Below, piece after piece: positions 25,101-37,100 of a stretch of 64,000 nt of DNA (within the stretch, counting starts at the first letter, position 1; every line of letters starts with the position of its first letter). The DNA comes from Schmidtea polychroa (Eukaryota): NCBI GenBank assembly GCA_044892525.1, contig CM097888.1, positions 39,184,001 through 39,248,000 of the forward strand, in the 5' to 3' direction. The position numbers and the translations under genes are program-made. The notes below the pieces were generated by a model. It saw only the letters and a program-made list of their open reading frames with translations. It was not told the DNA's origin and did not search any database.

Positions 25101-28100
25101 CGTCAACTAAAACGATTTCAAATTTTAATAAATAAATATAAACGATTACAACCACTTTATTTCATTTAAATTAGATTAATAATCTCAAAGTTCCTTCCAA
25201 TTTTTCGAATTTTCATGGTGGAAAGTGAATAATTAGCATCAAGTCGAATATCCTGAGAACTATTCCACTGAACAAATACCATATCCTTGAAGGTCGGGTT
25301 AAATAACTTAATCCTCAATCCTTATTACACAGCAATTATGTCATCTTTAATTGATATTTTACATCTATTAAATATTTTATTTAGGCGCAAAATGACCTGA
25401 AAGAAAATAAATCTTTAAGAAATATTTTTTTAAATGGCATTCTTTGTTATTCAAATATTTCTCATATTTTTTTAATTATCTTTTAAATAATTTTTATCCT
25501 TCAAAAAAAGTTATGTTTTTAATTGTGATTATTTTGGTGTATTTTAATTTGAATTACCAACTATCTATTACTATTTGTTATATTAATCTGATTTAATAAC
25601 AGTTTTAATTAAAATTGAATTTAATAAAATATTAACTTGACAGAAGCTAAATTTGTTAAAGAAAGCATCAGACTTATAAATTATTTCCCATGCAAGTTTA
25701 TATTATTAAGTGAGTTGAAAACTTCATTCTATAATCTAGACAATTGTAGTTATTTCAACTAACTTCGATTTTTCTTCCTTCTACAACAAACCCATTAAGA
25801 CTTTCCCTGGCTCTTTCTGCATCCAGAGCATTAGCAAATGTTACAAATCCGAATCCCTGGATGATTTGAAAACAAAGAAATATCATATATATATATTTTT
25901 TAATTTCTCCTCACCTTTGATCCTCTTTCGTTAAAAATTATTTCTACATCTATTATCGTACCGAAAGGCTGAAAAATTGAATTTCGTACTATAAATGGAA
26001 GGACAATAAAAAATTATTCATACACCAAGTAATGCACGTAAATCTGCTTCACGAAATCTGAAGGGTATGTTAGATACATGAAGTCTCTTTGGTCCTGAAG
26101 AAAAGTGGTTTTGAAGAGTTACATTAAATATATTTGACTCTGAGGCTGAATTCGAGAGCGCTGAAACTGACATTCCTGGTAATATTGAATTGGAAATATT
26201 TGTGACGTCGTTTGAGGAAAAAGAAACTTTTGAAGCCTGAAAATATTAAATTTTTATTATTAATTTGATATGTAATGTTTTTATTTGATTTATCTGTGAA
26301 TATAATTTTGGAGAGTTTTATTTGTCATTTATACCTAATAAAAATGAATGAAAATTTTTAATTTTAGAGCTCAAAAATTATGAATGAAAATTTCAAATCA
26401 AAATTGAAAATAACTATCTTAACACGTTGACGGACACTTGCGTCTATAGCCGTCATATAGTGTCAATTTTCAAATATCACTTGTTTCTACTGTCCGTCAA
26501 TGTGTTAATAGTTGATGATATATGGATTAGCTGGAGATATTTCCTTTTTTATCTGCACCTTTATTGTTCGCGCCATTATTGGGGTAAACCGTTTTAGAAT
26601 TATATGCAAATTAATGAACCAAATTTTTTTTTAATATTTTTCCAAAAATTATTATTGTAACTTTATTCATAAATATTTTTAAAATAAGTTTTCTAATCTC
26701 TGGAGATTGAAAAAAAGATAATTACACTCCATAAAATATCGGATTGATACTTTTCAGTTAAAAAATATGGAAATGAATAGCTATTCAGTGATAACATAAT
26801 AACTCAGTTGGATTTCCCAATGATTACTGTTGAAATTGAAATGGAAATATTTTGATTTATGTTTGAAATTTTTAGTTTTGAATAATATAACTGTAATAAT
26901 TTTGATTTTTAAGATATTCAAATTAGACACGGGTTCAAGAAAAAACTAATTTTAATAAAAATATTTAAATATTGATAAAATTTATTTGTTATGTAAAATA
27001 CACAAAATAATATGGTAACTATTTAATCTGAAACTTTCTTAAAAGTTGAAATGGAAAAGGGTAATGTTGCAATTGTATTTGATGGCAAATTTATGAACTA
27101 GTCAGTTTCATTACAATCAAAAATGTCTTGTTGATTAACTATGTTTTTAAATTTGTAAAGTTTCATTACTTTGCTTATAACGTTTTCCCTAGCACATCTT
27201 AAATTTTACCTACTTTGTTACTTTTTATATAAATACCCAGCTTGAAAGTATTCAAACCTTCATATAATGCTTTAAAATTTTATAAATTTGCTTCTTCTAC
27301 AATTTTTATAATCATATTTCTCAAAAGATTTACTATATAATTTCGCTTTCTTTTTTAAATTAAACTATTTAGACATAGCTTTGGGTAATTATTATTAAAG
27401 TCGGTACTGACTCTGATTCCTCATGCTCTTTGTTTCAATAAATCAAAAAGACCCAACACAAATAATTTATTGAATCTTATTCAAATTTTCAAAATATCCT
27501 CAATTACATTTTTAATTTGTACATTTCAGTAGGGAATACAATCGCGAGTATCGAGTACCCGGGTATTTCGAGTAATAAGTAAATTTTCGAGTAACTCGAT
27601 ACCCGGGTACCTTAAAAAAATACCCGATAAACATTATTCACTTATTTTATAATTAAAGTTAAAAAAATAAAAAAAATTATCAGCGCAATCTGGATTTAAA
27701 TAGGAAAAAACTGTCTTTTGAGTTAAAATTCACAATTGCATATAAGCTGCAATAATTTTTTTTGTGATGTAGTTTGTAGTTTCTACATTTAACAGCTAAT
27801 TGACACCAAAGAAAGTGACATTTGACATAATTTATTATTACACAAAGATTTTTCATCGTACTAATATTGCTTTTTCATCGAGATTTTTAATTTTTATTGA
27901 TTTTCCAGATTTTAATCGTTATTTTCTTAATAAATTGTTAATTCTACTAACTATTACTTATACTATATCTATATCTATATCTACAATACATTTTCTATTT
28001 CTACACGTTAGTTTTTTTTTTAATATTATGATGAACTATAAATTATTTATGTTTTTTATACATATACCCATTTTATACATAGAATGCCAAAGAGATCACA

Positions 28101-31100
28101 GACTTGGGATTATTTCACAAAAATGTCTGACCAAACTACAGCTAAATGTAATAAATGTGGAAGTTTAATACAAACAAAGGGAGGAAATACCAAAGCAATG
28201 ATTAATCATTTACGCAGTAGGCATGAAATATCAATTAATAAATGCCTAGAACCAGATGCCCCAATTTCGATCGAATCTGGTGATTTCGTGTCAGCTTTTT
28301 GTGCCAAACGCCCAAAACATGATGATGTAAATATTTTAAAATTTATAAAACGAGCATCTAGAAATGAATTATTGGCAAAATGTGCCGCGAAAGATGGATT
28401 TTCTTTTAGAGCGATTACACATTCTGAAGCTATCCGAAGTTTCATCTTATCTAAAAATTATGATATGCCAAAATCTGAAGTCACTATTAAAAATTGTATC
28501 ATGAAGTTCTGCGAGGAAAAACAGGTAGAATTAAAACAAAAATTAATAAAAAAAGGAAGTAATGTTAAACTTAGCATTACTGTCGACGAATGGACAAATA
28601 ATGCTTGCATCCGTTTCATTAATGTTACGCTGCATTCTCCAACAGAGAAACATAACCTTGGATTGACCAAAATTGATGGGTCATGCAACGCAACAGAAAC
28701 AATTCGTTTGGTAGAATTAACATTAAATAAATATGGTTTGAATTTAAAAACTGATATTGTTGCATCAACTCATGACGGTGCGTCTGTGATGGTGAAATAT
28801 GGTGATGAAATAGACGCAATTAGCCAGCTATGTTACAACCACGCTATTCATTTGGCAGTGGTAAGTATATTTTATTCAGTAAAATCTTCTCAGTCAAATA
28901 ACCAAATAGAAGAATTTTCTGAATATGACGATGAAGAAGACAACGAATCTTTGAATGGCACCGATTATTTGTCTAGTGGTGCAAATATGAATTTTGTTGT
29001 GGATTATCAAGAAGAAATATTTGAATTATCAGTAGATATAAGCAATATAGTCAATGAAACAAGAAGAATTTGTAAATTTTTTAAAAAGTCATCAGTAAGA
29101 AACAGTATTTTGCAAAAACATGTTGTTGAACAGCATGGAAAAAAATTGAAACTATTGTTAGACTGTCGAACACGCTGGAACTCCTTAATAGTTATGATAA
29201 ATCGCTTCATATTATTATCGGGTTCTATATATAAGGCATTGGATGAACTAGGTGCAATGGTTCCATCTGATGACCATATTTCGTCTCTTAAGGAAATAGC
29301 TCAAATATTAGAACCTTTGGGAGAGGCAGTGAGAGAATTAAGTAAAAGAGAAGCCAATTTGTTAATTGCTGAAGGAACTTTGATGTTCGTGTTCAACAAG
29401 CTAAAGAAAATTGGTACACCTTTGGCTATCAGAATGTTAGACGAACTTCTAATTAAAATTAAACACCGTAGAAATACTAGCATAGTCTCTTTATTAATGT
29501 TTCTACATAATGGAAAACATCCCCAGTCAAACGAGTTTTTTTCATATTCCACCAAGCACAATATCAAAATAACTGCAAAACAAATATATGAAAAATTATT
29601 TGTTGAACCGGAACCGGATCCTGAATCACCTGAAGTAATCCTACAAGCTCGAAGTGAAATTTGTGAAGTAGACGAAGACGACCAAGACTCTTTGAGCAAG
29701 ACATTGATGACATTTCTAGCTTCACCAATTTTAGAATCAACGCAACAACTTGAGAAAGAATTGAAGATAATGGAGGGAAATAGTAAGAGAACACCAAATT
29801 TAGAACAACTTTATAAAGCACTTATTACCATAAAACCAACATCCGTTGATTGTGAAAAAACTTTTTCCATTGCCGGAAATTTTTGCACAAAAATTCGTTC
29901 CAAATTAATGCCGGAAACCTTAAGTAATTTAGTATTTTTAAAATACTATTTCAATGAAACTAAATAAAAAATAACATTATCATTGTCTAATAAAATAACA
30001 TTATCATTTAATGTATATTATATAAAAATATGAATTAAATAAAAATATGAATTAATAGAGACTTATATTTATTATAAACATATATTTTTTAAATATCCGA
30101 GTAACCCGGGTAACCCGGGTAGGTAAAAATTGAAACTCGAAAAACCCGGGTAGTATAATTCTCGAGTAATTGTATTCTCTACATTTCAGCGATTTCAGGG
30201 TATTAATCCCAAAGAAAAACTGCCTTTATATACATTGGACTCTATTTTTCCTTTTTTTGATTTTGTTCTTGCTTCGACCAAGTAACAAATTGCCCGCTAG
30301 TGTCTCTGATTTTTATACCAGTTGCCCTCCTACAAATTTTGCAAACAAAAATAATTAAATTAGGCAATCACAAAATGATTAGGTAAGTGGTATTTTGTTT
30401 TTAACAAGATAATTAGGCAGACGAACTCACGCCTCTTTGCTCAAAAGTCCTGTTTAACTAATCTAATTTTCAAGAAAAACTTATCTCTTTATTTATTTTG
30501 GAGGAAAGGTTAATCTTATTATTTTTCTCATTTATAGGTCTGGTTCTTTGTATAACTCGGACTTTACACATAGCTATTAAATCAATTATTTATTTTGACT
30601 TAATTTGTATTTTTTTGAATATCTTTTTCTGGGCACTCAATTCTATGTATATTTAAATTTCTTTTGCACCACTCTAGACCAACCCCAATAATAGTTTTAT
30701 CAATTTTTTTTAATATTTTTTGAAATTATCTTCTATCTGAGATATATAATATACATTCTTTGGTAAAAACTATGACAAAGACAACAACGTGAAATTTTAA
30801 AGTTTTATACTTGAATCTCATTGTGAATAGCCTGTTTTTTTTCTTTTAACACATTGATAAACGTTTCATAATATATTAATTTCAAAACAAACAATTATAT
30901 TTGTTTATATATGCAAAGTAGTGCTATAATTAAAAAAATTCCCTGCAAGAAATTGCAATATAAACAATTTTAGTATTATCTTTCACAAGTAATATTTAAT
31001 AAATTTTATTCTTTGTCATTTATTTGAATAACAATAATAAAACAAATCAAAAATTCCTCAAATTATTGTTTGATTCTTTTTTTTAGATTTTATAAAATTA

Positions 31101-34100
31101 TTATCATAATATTATGCCACATCATCTAAATTTTTAAATTTATAATTAGGTCGTTTCAAAATTAAAGTTAGAAATTTTGTCACGATTTTTTTTAACAAAC
31201 TTTATAATTAATCTTCAAAGAAATTCAAAAATATCAGAATTATCAGATGAATTTTTGAATGTTAGAAATACAATGAAATTGTCAAAATTTTGCTAATTAG
31301 ACAGTGGCAAACCTAGTCTATTGCAATTCCCATTGAAATTTAATAAAGAAAACTATTCAATTTTAATTCTAAATGAAAAAATTAATGGACATATATTGGA
31401 CAAACCATTTAAAATTTCAGGAAATACTAAAGAAATGGAAAGTGGGTTTATACTATGACTAATAAAATTTTAAAAATTTTCATTTTATTATTGTAATTTC
31501 TAGTTCATTGCTTTCGTAAATATATAGTGATTGGAAAAAATAAAATAATTAAAAAATTTTAATATACATATAAGCAGCTAGTAGTATATAGTGAGAACTC
31601 CAAAGCACTTTCAAGTTCGATGTCATGAAATGTCAAGATAAAATATAGACCAATTGAATCATTATTTGTTTTATTTAAATTTTATTTAATTACTTCTATT
31701 TAACTATTTAATTTATTATATATTTATTATTATTTGATTTTAATTAATACTTTTGTTAATTTTTAATTTATTAGATTTATTAATTAATTATTTTAATTAC
31801 TTGTGTTATTTAATTTGTTTTTTTTCANNNNNNNNNNNNNNNNNNNNNNNNNNNNNNNNNNNNNNNNNNNNNNNNNNNNNNNNNNNNNNNNNNNNNNNNN
31901 NNNNNNNNNNNNNNNNNNNNNNNNNNNNNNNNNNNNNNNNNNNNNNNNNNNNNNNNNNNNNNNNNNNNNNNNNNNNNNNNNNNNNNNNNNNNNNNNNNNN
32001 NNNAATTTTTTATTTAATTATTTAATTAATCTTATTTATTTATTATCATCATTTTTACATTTACATTTAATATATTATATCAAGAACATAAATTATAACA
32101 AGAATATTTCAATTTGAAAAATCTTTAAATAGTAATTATTCGATTTATTATAAAATAAGACGCCGAGTTAATTTTAGATAAATTGGGTATTAATTTTTTC
32201 AGAAAAAAAATGTTTTTCATGAAAAATAATAATTATTACTTGAAACTAATTATTTAAATTAATTGGACAAATGAATAATTAAATGATAAAACACATTTTA
32301 ATTAACTAAGTCAAATTATTCACAATATATATTTTATTATTCAAAAAATTACACATTTAATTGTTAAAGTGCTTGTTTCGATTTGCATTCATTTCTAGAC
32401 ATAGCAGTTGCAATATGCATTTGACGAATCTTATAGTGATCGTAGGCATAGGCATTCATTACAATTGAACCAATACCTTTTATCAACCAAACATTGGAGA
32501 GCTCGTTTTTCTGTCATGAAAGTATACAACTGATGATTTACACTTCCTATTCTTTTTGTGGGATGCTCACTGTTCCACCATTAGTATACACTCTTGATAG
32601 GCATCATGTGTAAGATTAGAATTTCTAAGACTTATTCCTTTGGCTTTTAGAGTGTCTTTATTGCCTTGAAGTGAGTAGTACTTGGGTCGAAGAAACACCC
32701 TTTCTTTATATTGATTTCCTTTATTCTAATCCTTGACTTGCCCGATTACCGAACAAATTTTATCTGAGAACAATGGATCGGTCACTGGATAATTTGAAGT
32801 ATCTAGGACAGGGGCGGGCAACCTTTTTATTTCCATAGGCCACATTGAAATTTTTCACTTTCAAATGAGGCCGCAGTCAAAAAGTATTTCGTTTATATTT
32901 CGTCCTTTGTACTCGGCGGTATGCTTGTACAGTACAGTATTTATACAATTCAGTAGTTACAAGCATTTTTATTCGTAAATCCTCAAAATTCATGGTTTTT
33001 TATGTAAATTAAAATTTATTTTGATAAGGCTCCGAAGGCCGCATGCGGCCTAAAGGCCGCAGGTTCCCCACCCCTGATCTAGGAGCTCATCGGTAATCAT
33101 TTTTGGATACAGTTGTAAGCGTAAATCAACATTTTTACACTCTAAAAAGAAGGAGTCTGTGTCACCGGCTACGATATTAATTTGACAATTGAATTCTTCT
33201 CTATAACTCTGTAGTTTTTCATATTGAAACTGATACATGCGAAGTTTGGATAAATCAAGTACTGTTTGTCCCATATACATTGATCTATATAAACTCACCA
33301 TTTCATTATCGAGTATAACAGCAATGAGATCATTCACAATCTTGATGCTACGACAAAACATAGGATGGCTACAATAGGTTTTCAACAGTTTTACCGTATA
33401 AACTATTGTTCTTTAACTTATAATAATCTCGCTGAAATGAATCAATACTAGCTGCTCTCATTTGGGTATTGTAATCAACATATCCTTTAAAAATAGCTAC
33501 TTGCTTGTATTCTACAGCACGATTAACTTTTGTGACTTTTGCGCCGTAACTCAACCATTCTGTCTAAACGGTAATATTAATCACATAATTGGTCTTTGGT
33601 TCGTATGTTAATAACAACTTTTCAACTTTACTACCAGGTGGATAACAAGGTTCAGGAAGCTATAGGTAAATCATCTAGTTTATCTTGTATACTATCAGGA
33701 ATGACGATGTCAACCTCCAGAACATAACCACGATCTCCATCAAACTCATCTCCATTCACACATATTTTAATAATATTATCCATTTCAGTCTGATCTTCTA
33801 ACCATCTGAACTCACCAACAGGAAGTTTCTGAGATAAAGCTCATCCATATAAATTATTAACATCTTGATATGCCAATTGAGTTGACTTATCAGACTCAAC
33901 ATGATGTTTGTTGATAAATGTCATTCCACTCCGAATACCTGCCTCAAACAAGCGGTAGTGCTCTGAATCTTGAATAAGTTCTATTATTTCAGTCATCTGT
34001 TTCAGAGCTGACGCCCAACTTAATCCAGGGATAGAAACAAAAGAAAGTGCTCCAAATCCATCTTCATCAAATGTTTTCTCTCTGAAAGCTTCAAAAACAT

Positions 34101-37100
34101 TGGTCAACAGAAAAACATCCAACTTAAGGTACACTAGCATATAATCTAACAGTGTCTTACAGTTGTGATGTTACCATATTTGAAAAGCATGTAAATATTT
34201 GTCTGATCGGTGGAAACTCAGTTATTGTTTGTAATACACCCATCGATGTAGCAATATCATAAGGAAATAAGCCTTTACCAGTTATTAGAGGCGAATTGTA
34301 ACAACTAAATACATTTTTCATCAAATTGTAACATAGTATTAGTATATTTCGGTAAACTTAAACCAATTTGTAAAATATTAATCAAATAGTAATAAAATAA
34401 TAAAAAATATTACAACAAAGTAATAAAATAGTTTAAGTAATTGGAAATAAAGTAATACATTATTTCGATGAAAGACAACAAATTAATAAAATATTGCAAT
34501 AAGTTGTGAAACCTTTCATTAAAACCAACAAATGAATAACATATTTCGGTAAATTTACATAAATTTATGAAATATTTAAGTAAATGAAAAAAAACTAATA
34601 AATTATTTTATCAATTTGCAACAAAGTTATAAAATATTAAGTAAATGACAAAAATTAATAAATGATTTTATCAAATCGCAACAAAGTTATAAAATATTAA
34701 AACAAGTTGTAACAAGATTATAAAAATATTGAAACAAAGTAATAAAATAATGATGTGAATTGCAACAAAGTTATATATTATTTCGATGAAAGACAACAAA
34801 TTAATAAAATATTGCAATAAGTTGTGAAACCTTTCATTAAATTACAAAAAATGAATAACAATTTCAACAGTTGTAAAATATTTAAGCAAATTGTAACAAG
34901 ATTAGAAAAATATTACAACAAAGTAATAAAATAATTTAAGTAAATTGCAATAAAGTAATATATTATTTCAATGAATGGCAACAAATTAAAAGGAATATTG
35001 TAATAAATTGTAAAACCTTTCATTAAATTACAAAAAATGAATAACATATTTCATTAAATTTACAAAAAGTTATGAAATATTTATCATATCGTAACTAATT
35101 AATATAAAACATTACAACAAAGTAATAAAGTATTTAAGTAAATGACAAAAGACTAATAAATGATTTTACCAAATTGCGACACATTTATAAAATATTTATC
35201 TAAACGTAACAAAATAATAAAAACAATACAACAAAGTTATAAAATATTTAAACAAATTGTAATAATATTATAAAAATATTGAAACAAAGTAATAAAATAA
35301 TGAGATGAATTACAACAAAGTAATAACATTTTTCATCGAATTGCAACAAAGTAATAACATATTTTGGAAACATTTTATTAGTTGTAAAATATATACGCAA
35401 ATTGTAACAAGATTATAAAAATACTGCATCAAAGTAATAAAATAATGAGGTGAATTGCAACAAATAAATAAACTTATCATCAAATTGCAACAAACTAATA
35501 AATTAATACAACATTTTTAATTCTAGATCAAACCAGTTTAGAGAGAATTAATTGTCATATATATACATTGATACATTAAAAACTCAATAAAATTATTTCA
35601 ACTGGAAAATTTTATAACAAAACATCTATGAGTAGCACATCTATTTTAAATTCTGATCATGCCAATTTGTAGAGAAATAAATTTTATCTATACATTGTTA
35701 CAGTAAAAACTCAAGAAAATTATTTTTACGAGATGAAAATGCATAAAATTCAAGAAAAAATGTGTGTATTACACACAAAACAACCAATCCATTTTATAGA
35801 AAATTAAATTTTATCTATATAATATATGAATAAAATCCTAAGAAAATTGCGTTAACTGTATAAAAAATACAAATTTAACATAAAACATGTTTGTATTACA
35901 CACAATCGACAAACTGAAATTGTAATTTCACCATTTTGTAGAGAATTAAATTCTGCCTATACATGGTTACACTTAAATCCCGATCGGACCTGTGAAAAGA
36001 GCCAAAAAAGAGAAAAAACCGAAGAGTAGGGTAACATGTGGATTCGGGTATGACCTTTTGATAGATCTCTTCAAGACCTTTCGAATGATATCCTTGTTTG
36101 AAGGTCTGACCTTAAAATTTGACCTTACGTTGACCCCAAAAAAAAATTTTTAAATAATAAATTTTTTTAAACAAACCTCCCTCTCCCCGGGAGGTGGAGG
36201 GCCCCTGGGTATGATGTAATATATATTTGTTACGTCATTGATGGTGTCATATGTGTTTGTTCCCGGGTCCATGTGTTAAGGTTGTTAAGGTCAATTTTAA
36301 GGTCAGACCTTCAAACAAGGGTCCGCATGATTGTGGTTGATTCCTAGAAGGTAATTTCCCACTGAAATTGTTCCATATGATGGGACTAAAGCCTGTAGGT
36401 GTCGACTAAGGCGAACATATTTCAAATTGGATGCTTCTGGCTGATTGATTCCTGAACGAAACCTTTCGATTTTCAATTCGTAGTGATAATGTTCTTGACG
36501 GAATAGTTTCAACGGACGGATCCGTGCCAAGCCTAATATTACTAATATTAATCAATTCCTTCAGTGGATAGTGATCAGGTACTTGATAACTGATATTATC
36601 TTGGCAGATTAATCATTTGAAAAATTTCACCAATCAAGTTTTGCTTAATTTGTAATATTGTAACTGTAATTGGCGCGGTTTAGTCCTGCGCGCAATTGTT
36701 ATTGCGTCAAATTTCATACAAAAAATTCATTAAAATATTTTTTTAATATTAACTCCTCAGCATTGTTGTATTATACTTTTAAATTTTCCCCATGTATTTT
36801 TAATAATAGAATATTTATTTACAATATTTCCCATTTAAAAAAAATTTGGAAATATCTTAAATCCTCGCAAACACTCACTATAAATGTAAAACAGAATTAA
36901 AGGAATAAATTGAGAGAGCTATGTGTTGCATTCCTAAAATCTTTGAAAAATTTATACAATTAATTTTATTAACTTTCATACCTCATTCATAAAAATTAGC
37001 GATTTGTATCGGTAAAGTAGCATAAGTATAATAATAAAAAATTATATGGTACATTTAATGTTGTAATAAAAGAAGGAATTGTGGAATTGTGGGATGTTTT

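Noticed and set aside
27800-28168. 122-aa hydrophobic ORF upstream of the hAT transposase
   Set aside because: T-rich low-complexity leader sequence with no motifs.
13946-32117. ORFs containing X runs (13946, 14119, 19829, 31753, 31803)
   Set aside because: Artefacts of reading through N gaps.
34310-35520. CRISPR-like repeat-spacer array
   Set aside because: Units are degenerate and hierarchical with no constant repeat or unique spacers; eukaryotic context; no cas genes.
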